The position numbers were made by a program, and so were the translations under genes. The notes below the pieces were generated by a model that had not been told where the DNA came from, made no database searches, and was given only the letters and a program-made list of their open reading frames with translations. From positions 24,058,001 to 24,122,000 of the forward strand of contig CM059432.1 of assembly GCA_030390025.1 (NCBI GenBank): a DNA stretch of 64,000 nt. The letters are read 5' to 3'. Source of the stretch: Squalus acanthias. Taxonomy: Eukaryota. Within the stretch, counting starts at the first letter, position 1; the number at the start of each line of letters is the position of its first letter. Positions 1 through 12,477 of the stretch are shown piece by piece.

Positions 1-58
1 CAGCCAGAGCCAAGGCCATGGCACCACAGGGGGGAGGAAGAAGAGTGGAAGAGCAATA

Positions 59-559
59 GTGATAGGGGATTCATTGGTTAGGGGAACAGATAGTCGTTTC
101 TGTGGACGCAGACGTGACTCCAGGATAGTATGTTGCCTCCCTGGTGCCAGGGTCAATGATGTCACTGAGCGGCTGCAGGACACTCTGAGCGGGGAGGGGG
201 AGCAGCCAGAGGTCGTTGTCCATATCGGTACCAATGACATAGGCAGAAAGAGGGATGAGGTCCTGCAGGCAGACTATAGGGAGCTAGGAAAGAGATTAAA
301 AAGCAGGACCTCAAAGGGAGTAATCTCCGGATTACTCCCGGTGCCACGTGCTAGTGCTTACAGGAATAGGAGGATAGAACAGATGAATGTGTGGCTGGAG
401 AGATGGTGCAGGAGGGAGGGTTTTAGATTCCTGAGGCATTGGGACCATTTCTGGGGAAGGTGGGAGCTGTACAAGCCGGACGGGTTACACCTCAATAGAG
501 CCGGGACCAATATTCTCGCGGGGAGGTTTGCTAGTGCTGTTGGGGAGGGTTTAAACTAG
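59..559 (+). pseudogene. CR1 ORF1 C-terminal SGNH/GDSL esterase-like domain
   Basis: Motifs GDS, PGA, HIGTND and DGLH; lies directly upstream of the APE domain. Confidence 0.85.
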
Positions 560-723
560 CTTGGCAGGGGGATGAGCACCAGCATGTAGGAGTGGAGGGG
601 AGGAATGGGGTGCATGGAAGAGTGCGTGTGTTGGATGGCACTGGAGGGCAAGGTAGTGCTGGTGGCGGAAGTAGTAGCAAATTAGATAGGTGCAGACTAA
701 GAAAGACTGCGAAAAATTCAAAA

Positions 724-3508
724 ATGAGTTTAGAATGCATGTACGTAAACGCACAAAGTGTGGCGAATAAGGTTGGTGAGCTACAAGCACAATTAGCCGT
801 GTGGCAATATGATGTTGCGGCAATAACGGAAACGTGGCTTAAAAACGGTGAGGACTGGGCACTTAATATTCAAGGGTACAAGGTGTTCAGAAAAGATAGG
901 GAAGGGAAAAAGGGAGGTGGAGTGGCAGTGCTGATTAAGGAAGACATTGTAGTGTTGGAAAGGGAGGATGTTCTTGAGGGGACAAGGACAGAATCCATTT
1001 GGTTAGAATTGTGGAGCAAAAAGGGTTTGATTACGCTATTGGGGGTATTCTACAGGCCTCCAAATAGTGAGAGGGAGGTAAAGGAGCAAATCTTCAGGGA
1101 AATCGCAGAGACATGCAGGAGCTATAGAGTGGTAATATTGGGGGACTTTAATTACCCAAATATCGATTGGGATAATGCTAGGGTAAAGGGAAAGGAGGAG
1201 GAGGAATTTCTGAAATGTGTTCAGGAGAATTTCCTTGACCGCTATGTTCTTGGTCCAACTAGGAAGGAGGCATTGCTGGATCTGGTGCCGGGGAATGAGG
1301 TGGGCCAGGTTGACCAAGTGTCTGTGGGAGAACACTTGGGTACGATTGATCATCGTATCATAAGGTTTAGATTAGCAATAGAGAGGAGCAAGGAACAATC
1401 TAGAGTGGAACTTCTAAACTGGAATAGGGCTAACTTCAATGGGATGCGAAAGGATCTAGCCAGGGTAAAATGGAACCAAAGACTGACAGGAAAAACTGTA
1501 ATGGAACAATCTTTAAGGAGGAGATGTTCCAAGTACAGGCTAGGTACAGTCCAACAAGAGAGAACCAAAGCAAAGGCTCCTTGGATGACGAGGGAGATAG
1601 AGAAGATGAAGAAACAAAAAAAGTTGGTGTATGATGAATGTCAAGTGAATTCTTTAAGGAAGAACCAGACCAAATACAATAAGTTGAGAGGGGAAATGAA
1701 GATGAAAATAAGACTGGCAAAGAGAGAATATGAGCGTAGAATGGCGGTTAACGTAAAAGGGAAACCAAAAATCTCTACCGGCATGTAAACAGTAAGCGGG
1801 TAGTAAGAGGCGGGGTAGGGCCGATTAGAGACAAAGAAGGTGATATTTGTGTAGAGGAGCAGGGCAAGGCTAGAATACTCAATGAGTACTTTGTATCAGT
1901 GTTTACTAAGTGTATGCTGACAAAATATCGATAGAAGTGGAAAAGGTAGAAGCAATGGAAGGGATGAAAATTGATAGACATGATGTACTAGAAAGGCTGG
2001 GTATGCTTAGAGTGGATAAGTCGCCTGGTCCAGATGGCTTGCATCCCAGGTTGCTAAGGGAATTGGGGGAGGAGACAGCAGGAGGGCTTGCCATAATTTT
2101 CCAATCTTCTCTAGATGCGGGGGAGGTGCCTGAGGATTGGAATTTGGCAAATGTGACACCATTGTTCAAGAAAGGGTGTAAGGACAATTCTAGTAACTAC
2201 AGGCTGGTCAGTTTAACATCAGTGGTGGGTAACGTTTTAGAAACAATAATCAAGGAAAAAATTAATGGACACTTGGAGAGGTTTAAGCTAATTAAGGAGC
2301 GCCAACATGGATTTGTAAAAGGCAGATTGTGTTTGACTAATCTAATTGAATTTTTTGATGAAGTAACAGGGATGATTGATGAAGGGAATGCAATGGATGT
2401 TGTCTACATGGATTTTAGGAAGGCGTTTGACATAGTACCACATAGAAGGCTGGTGAACAAAATTGAGGCTCATAGAATAGGTGGGTCAGTGGCAGCTTGG
2501 ATAAGGAATTGGCTTAAGGACAGAAAACAGCGAGTTGTGGTAAATGGCTGCTTTTCAGACTGGAGGATGGTAGACAGTGGTGTTCCCCAAGGGTCAGTGC
2601 TGGGGCCACTGCCGTTTTTGATATATATAAATGACCTGGATATTGGAATACAGGGTAGAATTTCTAAATTTGCCGATGACACCAAACTTGGGGGTGTGGC
2701 AAACAGTGAGGATGATACCAATCGACTGCAACAGGACATAGAAAGGCTAGTAGAATGGGCAGAAAAGTGGCAGATGGAATTTAATATAGAGAAGTGTGAG
2801 GTGATGCATTTTTGCAGAAGGAACAGGGAGAGGCAATATACACTTAATGGCACAGTTTTAAAGAGTGTGCAGGGACAGAGGGACCTGGGAGTTAATGTGC
2901 ATAGGTCCCTGACGGTGGCAGGACATATTGAGAGAGTGGTTAGCAAAGCTTATGGGATCTTGGGCTTCATAAATAGAGGTATTGAGTACAAAAGTAGAGA
3001 AGTTATGCTGAACCTTTACAAAGCACTGGTTAGGCCACAACTGGAGTATTGCGTCCAGTTCTGGTCACCACACTTTAGGAAGGAAGTGAAGGCACTTGAG
3101 AGGGTACAGAGGAGATTTACCAGAATGGTTCTGGGGATGGGTGATCTTAGCTACAAGGACAGGTTGGAGAAGTTGGATTTGTTTTCATTAGAGCAAAGGA
3201 GGTTGAGGGGTGATTTGATAGAGGTGTACAAGATTATGACGGGTTTGGATAGGCTAGACGGGGAAAGGCTGTTCCCACTAGTTGATGGTACAAGGACTAG
3301 GGGACACAGATTTATGGTATTGGGCAAGAGCTACAGGGGGGATGTGAGGAAAAACTTTTTTACGCAGCGAGTGGTGAGGACCTGGAACTCGCTGCCGACG
3401 GAAGTGGTGGAAATGGAGACACTCATTGTTTTCAAGGGGAGACTGGATAGGTACTTGAGGGAAATAAACTTGCAGGGCTACGGGGATAGAGCGGGGGAAT
3501 GGGACTGA
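724..3508 (+). pseudogene. CR1 ORF2 (APE endonuclease + reverse transcriptase), broken between about 1788 and 1910
   Basis: Two ORFs in different frames (592-1788, 1910-3508) carry consecutive APE and RT motifs. Confidence 0.9.
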
Positions 3509-3630
3509 CTGGATTGCTCTACAGAGAGCCGGAACTGTCTCGATGGGCCGAATGGCCGCCTCCTGTGTCGTTATGACTCTGTGACTATGACTCTATTTAA
3601 AATAAACAGTTGGTAAAATAGAATTACATC

Positions 3631-5421
3631 GGCCGGAATTTTGCGGGGGGTTGGGGGGTGGGGGTCAGCAGGCGTGATCGGTGGCGGGTCAGGTGGGAAA
3701 GTCACCTTTTTTCACAACGGGTTTGGAATCCGCTGTGAACCCGCCAGCACGCGCCTTTCCCAGTGTCGGGTCTGTCAGGGCTGAGCAGACCTGACACGCA
3801 GCGGCGGGGGACCCAATTAAGTTCATTATGACCTTGTTTAGACATCATTAAGAATACATTTTAGCTTACATTTTGACTTTACATGCTTGCCCACAGGGTC
3901 CTCGCTGCTCGGGGATCACGTCTGTTAAGCTGAGGCAGGTGATAAATGGCCATTGAATCAGCTGATTACTTGACAGCTTGAAATGTGCTGTAAAAACTCC
4001 CACCTCATAGCTGTTCACTTTCCAAGCTCAGAAGCTGTTGCTTACTGCATTTGGAACACAGATTGAGCTTTGTGCAGGTTGCAAGTGTTTGGAGCAAACT
4101 CTCTATGCAGTGTCACCTCATTGGAACAACCTCTCACACCAATGACAGAATGCTTCTGTCATCTCAACTTCACCTGCCACCTATTCCATCAACCTGGGTG
4201 CCCTTTATACTCTCTCACCTTGGTCCTCAGAATCCCACCATGCGCAGCCCCAACACCAGCAGCACCAGCAGCACCAACAACAACACCAACCTTCTCTGCA
4301 ATTAACTGATGCTGCACAGGACAGAAGGCATCAGCACCCGACCACATTGCTGCCCGGGAGGCCAGGGATAGCCTCACCATAGCCAGATTTACTTCACTTG
4401 GCGCTGTACACCCTGGCTGCCACATGACATGCCACGTTGGCACCACCCCACACCAACAACATAAAGCATCCCTACAATGCCCAAGCCATTCCTTTCACAC
4501 TCAGCACATTACGGAGGGTACTGTTATGTCTCACCATTCACTGCAACTCACTAAGCCACTTCCAAAGGTACACACAAATCTGTCCAAGAACGCAAAGTAT
4601 TGAAAATAAAGGTTTCAATATTTGACACCACTTAAACAGAAACTTTACATGAACATTGGATAAAACACCCAAGTGCCTACCCTTGTGTGTTGTTAGTTGT
4701 TATGATTGCACTAGGATGAGGGTGAATGTGAGGGGTGGCTCGTGAGATGGGGATGTGATAATGTAGATGGAGAGGGATGGGTGGAGGTGCAAGGTAGGTT
4801 GGTGTGAGTAAGGATGTGCAGGAGTAGGGTAGGGAAGGCAGAGTGATGGGGATGTGATGACAGGCACAGCAAGATGAGGTTGAGTGTGACTTTGTACTAA
4901 CATTTCGTGATCTACTGAGGTCATTGAAAGGTTTGCGGCACTGCACCCATATCCTCCTGAGCACATCCCTGCTTGTGCCCTCCTCTGCAATCTGCAACCA
5001 GGCTGTGTTGATCTCCTGGGAAGGTCTCTTCCACCCATGGGAAGGGAAGAGGACCTCAGTGCATGCTGTGACTCCCCCCATAAGCATATGGAGGGAGTCA
5101 TGGGAGAGCCTGGGTGCAGCCCAGTGCCTTTGTGCAGTGCTTGCCAGTGTTTGCAGCACCTCAATGCTGCAGAACACTGACACCACAAGTGTAAAAATAA
5201 AGTTGGCCATGGTCCCTTTAAGGAAACCGGCTGATGACACGTCATCAGATGATGTCACCAGACCCGCTTCCTCTAATTGGCCGGGAAACATGCTGGGCAC
5301 GCTTAACAAGCACTATCAAGGGAAATTCATTTCACAGAGCAGGATGGAGCCAGCAGCGGGGTTGGGACCCGCCACCGACATCGCCCACCACGGACTCGTC
5401 GAGGTAAGTAAAATCGAGACC
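3631..5421. mobile_element. Non-autonomous Harbinger derivative with decayed Myb/SANT remnant
   Basis: Ends GGCCGGAATTTT and AAAATCGAGACC; minus-strand remnant 'AWLQIAEE...WVQCRKPFNDLSR' resembles the Myb gene at 45329. Confidence 0.75.
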
Positions 5422-5885
5422 GTAGAATTTACAACACAGAAACTGGCCATTTGTCCCAACGATCTATACCAGTGTTTATGCTCCACACGAGCCTCCTCCC
5501 ACTCTACTTCCTCTAACCCTGTCAGCATATCTTTCTATTCCTATCTCCCTCATCTACTTATCTAGCTTCCCCTTAAGTGCATCTATGCTATTCGCTTCAA
5601 CTACTCCATGTGATAAAAAGTTCCACGTTCTAACAATTCCCTGGGTAAAGAAGTTTCTCCTGAATTCCTTACTGTATATATTAGTGACTATCTTATATTT
5701 ATGATCCCTAGTTTCGGACTGCCCCACAAATGGAAACATCTTCTACCCCACTTCTACCTTGTCAAACCCCATCATAATTTTAAATACCTCTATTAGGTCG
5801 GCCCCTCAGCCTTCTAGAGAAAAGAGCCCCAGCCGGTTTAGTCTTTTTCTGATAGTTATAACCTCTCAGATCTGGTATCATCCAA
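5422..5885 (-). mobile_element. CR1 3' fragment
   Basis: ORF 5554-5739 'FRRNFFTQGIVRTWN' matches the CR1 ORF2 C-terminus. Confidence 0.85.
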
Positions 5886-6590
5886 GGAATTTTATACTAA
5901 TATGTTAATTGCCTGTGCACTAATTTACCAACAGTAGTTCATAGGCTGTGATGATTTCCTCCTCCTTTCCAAATTAATGGTAAATCAAATGCTGAAGGAG
6001 AGACAGCACTTCATCTAGATCAAAAGAGGGCTTGGAGGTATCTAACCCACTAAATTTCCAGGGAGCTCAGGTAAAGGCATCTGACCAATTTGATTGCCAG
6101 GAAATTCCAATGTGTGAAAACATTTTAATTACAGTTAGGATAAGGAAGGACTCAGATAAAGAAGCAACTTTTTAACATAATTAATGCGGGTAGATTAACC
6201 TGCCAAAAGCCCATGATGGAAAGCTTCAAGATCACAAGACATCCATGGCTAACTTGGCCTGAGAACTGACAACTCATCTAGTGACTGAGGCAGATGGAGC
6301 AGGCAGCCTTGGACCTGAAGCTGAACCTATGCCATCTGGCCGAGAATCCAGTGTTAAAACGACCAAGCTAATGAACTGCGAGAGTCAAAAGTATTTGAAT
6401 AGTTGCCAGTTAGCTTGCTCTCAGTTCTCTAAAGCTGCAAAATTTCCCTGTTTACCTTTTCAGCGTATTAAGGAGGGGTCATTGAATAATCTGCATCATG
6501 ATATAATTTTGTGCCAACAAGCATGAATGCCTTGGGGTAATGTACAAAAATATTTTTAGCAATGTTATTTTCCTTTAAGATAAACGTTTT

Positions 6591-6762
6591 GGCGGTAATT
6601 TTGATTTTGGTTGATAGTGTAAAATGGGCGATATCGATTCTGCCGCTTGTTATTCATCTCTCCCGATTTTCATTTCCACAGTGGCAGTGAAAATCGGGAG
6701 TGGTATATAACGGGCCGCTGAATCGATATCACCCACTATCACCCAAAGTCAAAATTACACCA
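6591..6762. mobile_element. Palindromic MITE (fold-back hairpin)
   Basis: GGTAATTTTGA...GATAGTG pairs with CACTATC...TCAAAATTAC; inner pairs GATATCGATTC/GAATCGATATC and CTCCCGATTTTCA/TGAAAATCGGGAG. Confidence 0.75.
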
Positions 6763-7455
6763 CTTGCATTTTAGTTTCTTTCTTATTGATCAGACCAAAC
6801 CTTTACAGTACTAATGCTTCCATTAGATGGCTGGATCTTAGCTGGCATGATACTTCAGTGTCTGCAGCCAAACAATCGTGACATCCGCACATCTCACAGT
6901 TATCTAAAATGCACGATGCAATTCACACCTATATCAAGAGGATAAATGGCTATAAGGCAGGTAAATAATCTTGGAACAGCCATTTTAGATTTAAGAGTGG
7001 AAGCTAATTTAGATCCAGGTTACCAAAGCTTTTAAGCATGTATACAGGTCAGGCAGGGTAAAATTCCTGTATTTTTCACACTATCCCTGCGCTGATGTTC
7101 TTACACTAACAACGCTTATGAATAGATTCTCATTTTTAAAGAAATAATTGACAAAATACTGGTATGAACATTGCAGGCAATCATTGTATCAATGGACTAG
7201 ATCAAAATCATTCAAGATTTTGTTGTTTACCACAGATTATAAAATAATTCTTTAATGTGTCTCACTACTCAGCGACATCATACTAGCAGCTTTTTAATAA
7301 ACATATATTCTTCGTCTAAGAGCTCGTAAAATATTTTAACATTTTAGTTAACCCTATTCATTTGAGAATCTTCGGCCTCATGTTTGTACAGTTTATACAG
7401 AAAGAAGCACAATAATGCTTCATTGTAATTCAGGTGTATTTTTGTTAAACCTTTA

Positions 7456-7822
7456 GAAAGAAAGAAAGACTTGCATTTATATAGCGCCTTTCACGACTAC
7501 CGGAAATCTCAAACGCTTTACAGCCAATGAAGTACTTTTTGAAGTGTAATCACTGTTGTAATGTGGGAGACGCGGCAGCCAATTTGCACACAGCAAGCTC
7601 CCACAAACAGCAATGTGATAATGACCAGATAATCTGTGTTTTTGTTATGTTGGTTGAGGGATAAATATTGGCCAGGACACCGGGGATAACTCCCCTGCTC
7701 TTCTTCGAAATAGTGCCATGGGATCTTTTACATCCACCTGAGAGAGCAGACGATGCCTCGGTTTAACGTCTCATCCCAAAGACAGCATCTCCGACAGTGC
7801 AGCACTCCCTCAGCACTGTACA
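7456..7822 (-). mobile_element. DeuSINE/SacSINE1-like SINE, 5'-truncated
   Basis: L2-type tail with (TTTC)n on the minus strand; closely similar to the full copy at 62499-62951 but without the tRNA head. Confidence 0.8.
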
Positions 7823-8629
7823 CTTTAGATGGAAAAAGTAATGCGGAGGGGGCAGTGGGGTAAATGACGTTTTGTTTTTGTCAAGGTAAAGGATGGCTTG
7901 GGATGAGAGATACTTTTAGCACCCACTGTCTCGTACAGTGTCGTACAGATCGGATGCAGTAAAAAAGAAATCACTCCACTTTGCATGTTTTAAGTTCAAC
8001 CTGACTGCAACAATTTGACATTTCCGTTTCCCACCAGCTATCCTTTTAGTTTCTTGAAGTGAGACAAAGCACTTAATGCTACATTAGGAACCATTTACTG
8101 CTGTGAACTCAGGCCTCAGGAAGGGGGATGGACTGCACAAAATAACGTTATGTAGGATCCAGACAGCTGCGAGGGAAAAGAGACGATGAAGCATGGTACG
8201 ACTGATACAAAGTGAGTTCCAAACACATTTAATTTACATAAGCTTGTGCACAGGTGCGGCGGGGACCAATTACTTCCCCTGCGACTCGTACTCCTGCACC
8301 TATGTACCAGGGCTCTCTAAACTGTTACGGATTGGACATCTGTGACCTCTCAGCCCTTGCAATCCAGCCTATGAAGCCCAGGCAACTATTTGCACTTATA
8401 TTTTTTACTTGCTTATTTGTCCTTTTGTTTTTAGCTTAATGTGTTTAAAGGTTTATTCTCAGTTACCTCATTGATGGGTACATCTTTCATCAGAACATCA
8501 AGATTTGTCAGTATCAGCAACTTGAGTGACAAGGAACATTCATTATGGGGCTGATTTCATGGCCCATCTGCTCCAGTTCCCTGGCATTAGAGACAAGAAG
8601 TAAGACGGATTATATGTTCCACTGGGTCT

Positions 8630-8815
8630 CTGCCCCATTCATCGTCGCTGGGTCAAATTGCTGGAACTCCCTACCTAACAGCCTTGTGGGAGCACCATTA
8701 CCACACGAACTGCAGTGGTTCAAGAAGGTGGCTCACCACTGCCTTCTCAAGGGCAACTAGGAAAGGGCAATAAATGCCGGCCTTGCCAGCGACGCGCACA
8801 TCCCGTGAATGGATA
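8630..8815 (+). mobile_element. 3' fragment of the single-ORF CR1-group LINE
   Basis: 'FKKVAHHCLLKGN*' and the 3' UTR match 34600-34784. Confidence 0.85.
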
Positions 8816-9099
8816 TGCATTTCCCGATTGGGAAGCTCCTGCCTGAAATAGGTTGGAGCATTTAAATCCCATGCAAATGCCACATGAGTGATAAACAGTA
8901 GCTCCCACATTATTTTGCTGGGTGCACACCTGGAATGAAGAATGCTTGTGTAAACTGGGCATTTGAAGTCATGGGGATGCAACTTCGGATAACAGGAGCT
9001 GGAAAGGGGCAACCAGCAATTTGCTGTCACATCAGCAGGGCCTTCTTTGCTATTCTTCAGTGCAGCAAGGCTCCATTGCAGGGGTGGAGGTCATTTGGC

Positions 9100-10463
9100 T
9101 ACTAGATCCCTTCCCATGGGTGGAAAAGAACTCCTCAGGAGATCAACACAGCCTGGTTGCACATTGCAGAGGAGGGCACAAGCAGGGGTGTGCTAAGGAG
9201 GACCTGGGTGCAGTGCTGCAAACCTCTCAATGATCTCAGTAGATCATGAAACGTTAGTACAAAGCCACACTCAGCCTTATCCTGCTGTGCCACTCATCAC
9301 ATCCTCATCACTCTGCCTTCCCTACCCTACTCCTGCACATCCTTACTCACACCAACTTACCTTGCACCTCCACCCATCCCTTACTATCTGTATTATCACA
9401 TCTCCATCTCACTAGCCACCCCTCACACTCACCCTCATCCAAGTGCAATCATACCAACTAACAACACACAAGGGTAGGCACTTGGGTGTTTTATGCAATG
9501 TTCATGTAAAGTATCTGTTTAAGTGGTGTCAAACATTGAAAGCTTTATCTTCAACACTTTGCATTCTTGGACAGATTTGTGTGCACCTTTGGAAGTGTCT
9601 TAGTGAGATGCAGTGAATGGTGAGACATAACGGTACCCCCCGTAATGGTGATGAATGTGAAAGGAATGGCTTGGGCATTGTAGAGATGCTTTATGTTGTT
9701 GGTGTGGGGGTGGTGCCAACCTGGAGCATCATGTGGCAGCCAGGGTGTACAGCGTCAAGTGAAGTAAATCTGGCCATGGTGAGGTCATCCCTGGCCTCCT
9801 GAGCAGCAATGTGGTCGGGTGCTGATGCCCTCTGTTCTGTGCAGCATCAGTTTATTGCAGAGAAGGTTGGTGCTGCTGCTGTGCCTGGTGCTGCTGGTGT
9901 TGGGCTGATCATGGTGGGATTCTGAGGACCAAGATGAGAGAGTATAAAGGGCACCCATGCTGATGGAATAGATGGCAGGTGAAGTAGAGATGACAGAAGC
10001 GATCTGTCAATGGTGAGAGAGGTAATGAGGTCAGACTGGATGGATACTTGTGTAAAGACCTGTTGTGGAAATGCAGTGAGGAAGAGCTTGTGGCTGATGG
10101 AAGATATCTCTGTAAGGTGGGAGCTTTTACTTTACATCAACTCAACAGCTGATTCATGACCACTGAACTTCCGCCTCAGCTTGACAGACGTGGTCCACGA
10201 ACAGCGTGGCCCCCATGGGCGAGCTGTCAAATGCAAAAGGTAAGCTGAAAATTATTTTTAAGTGGCTCTAAACAAGCCATTAACTACCTGAATTGGGTCC
10301 CCCATGCTGCGTGTCGGGTCTGCTCAGCGCTGACAGACCCGACATTAGGAAAGGCGCGTGGCGGCAGGTTCACAGCGGGGTCCCAACCCTCTGTGAAAAA
10401 GAAACACTTTCCTACCCGATCCACCATCGATCACGCCCGCTGAGCCCCCGCAAAATTCCGGCC
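9100..10463. mobile_element. Second copy of the 3631-5421 Harbinger derivative, inverted
   Basis: Reverse-complement homology to about 3631-5040; ends CCCCCGCAAAATTCCGGCC. Left boundary approximate. Confidence 0.8.
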
Positions 10464-10569
10464 TTCAATGCCCGACTGACACTGGGTTGAGATGCTGAGG
10501 GAGGAAAATAATTTCCTATGTGTTGCCCATAGGCTACATTTCACAAAGCCAAAAAAGCTTGGACACTTC

Positions 10570-12395
10570 GCTAAAAAGTGCGAAGTGATACATTTTGGTA
10601 GGAAGAAACGAGGAGAGGCAATATAAACTGAAGGATACAATCCTAAAGGAGGTACATGAACAGAGAGACCTGGGGATATATGTGTACAAATCGTTGAAGG
10701 CGGCAGGGCAGGTTGAGAAAGTGGTTACAAAAGCATCCTGGGTTTCATAAATTGAGGAATAGGCCGCGATTTTGCCGGTGCTCAGAGGGCGGGTTTGGAG
10801 GCGGGTCAGAGGTTAAATTCATTTTGATTGACAGTGGGTCCCGAACCCGCCATCAACCCGCCTCCACACAACCTTCCCAAGTGTTGGATCCCCGATTTGC
10901 GAATGGACCCGACACCTAGAGGTGGGAAATGGATTAAAGGCAATTAACTACCTATTAACAGGTACTTGTGAGCAGTTTTCAGGGTCTTTTTCGATTTTCC
11001 AGCTTCTGGGTCGGGTTTCACGACAGTCCGGACAACACACCAGGTAAGTGTGGCGAGTTGTGAGTCTGGTGTGATGTTTGTGAAAAGATGACAGCTGCAG
11101 AAGTGGTGTCAAGGATGCCATGTTGCACATGGTGAGTTTCAGAGCAATGAAAATGTTGGTTACTGCGTTTTTAATACATATACAGATTTCTTTAGCTTAC
11201 GAGTTTTTAAATCCAACTGTATGTCCAGTGCTACCTCATTGGGAGAACCTCTCACCAGTGACAGATCGCTTCTGTCATCTCATCTGCAGCTGCCATCTAT
11301 TCCAGCAACATCAGAGCCAATGAAATAATGAGACCTAGTGAGATGGGGAAGTGATAAAGTAGATAGAGAGGGTTGAGTGGAGGTGCAAGGTAAGTTGGTG
11401 TCCTGGGGAGGTCTCTTCCGCCATTGAAAGGGGAGAGAACCTCCCTGCGTACTGTGACTCCCTCCATATGCATATGGTGGGAGTCATTGGAGAGTCTGGG
11501 TGCAAGAGCTCACCTTTGTGCAGTGATTGTCAGTGTTTTCAGCACCTCAATGCTGTCAAACACTGAGAAATCAACTGTCAAAATAAAATTGTGCGTGATC
11601 CCTTTAAGGAAACCGGCAGATGACGCGTCATCAAATGACGCCATCAGACCGGCTTCCTGTTAATTGGCCGGTAAACCCGCAGGGTGGGCTTAACAAGGCC
11701 AATCAAGGGAATATCCCGATTACAGAGCGGAGGCAGCTGGGGGCGGGACCGGAACCCGGAAACCACCTGACCCGCCCCCAACCCGACCATAGAGTACAAA
11801 AGCAAGAAAGTTATGATGAACTTTTATAAAACACTGGTTCAGCCTCAACTAGAGTATTTTGTCCAATTCTGGGCATCGCACTTTAGGAAGGATGTGAAGG
11901 CCTTAGAGAGGGTGCAGAAAAGATTTACAAGAATAGTTCCAGGGATGAGGGACTTCAGTTACGTGGATAGACTGGAGAAGCTGGGGTTGTTCTTCTTAGA
12001 GCAGAGAAGGTTGAGAGATTTATTAGAGTGTTCAAAATCATGAGGGGTCTGGACAGAGTAGATAGAGAGAAACTGTTCCCATTGGCGGAAGGGTTGAGAA
12101 ACAGAGGACACAGATTTAAGGTGATTGGCAGAGAACCAAAGGCGACATGAGGAAAAACTTTTTTACGCAGCGAGTGGTTAGGATCTGGAATGCACTACCT
12201 GAAAGGGTGGTGGAGGCAAATTCAATCGTAGCTTCAAAAGGGAGTTGGATAAGTACCTGAAGGAAAAAAAAATACTGGGCTACGGGGAAAGGGCGGGGGA
12301 GTGGGACTAGCTGAAGTGTTCTTGCAGAGAGCTGGCACGGGCTCAATGGGCTGAATGGCCTCCTTCTGTGCTGTAACCATTCTATGATTCTATAA
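10570..12395 (+). mobile_element. CR1 3' fragment interrupted by a Harbinger derivative
   Basis: RT C-terminal sequence at 10570-10761 resumes at 11789 ('YKTLVQPQLEYFVQFW'); TTCTATGA-type tail near 12380. Confidence 0.85.
10762..11788. mobile_element. Non-autonomous Harbinger derivative, 3-bp TSD ATA
   Basis: Left end GGCCGCGATTTT; ATA at 10759-10761 and 11789-11791 restores the host CR1; internal similarity to 4100-5330; right TIR degenerate. Confidence 0.75.
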
Positions 12396-12477
12396 TACTA
12401 TGACACTTTACTGTGTCAGACAGCAGCCATCAGGTCAAATTACATTGCATATTGATGCTGCTACAGGCCTTTAAGCA

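Larger units (their letters stand above)
1..3595 (+). mobile_element. CR1 LINE, near full length: ORF1 esterase plus frameshifted APE-RT ORF2
   Basis: ORF1 59-559; APE in 592-1788 (YVNAQS, ITETWL, GDFNYP); RT in 1910-3508 ([18 protein letters not shown]); TATGACTC-type repeat tail at about 3572-3595. The 5' end probably runs off the window. Confidence 0.95.

Noticed and set aside
8150..8220. Small plus-strand exon candidate (TAG...GTGAGT)
   Set aside because: Weak acceptor and no recognisable peptide.
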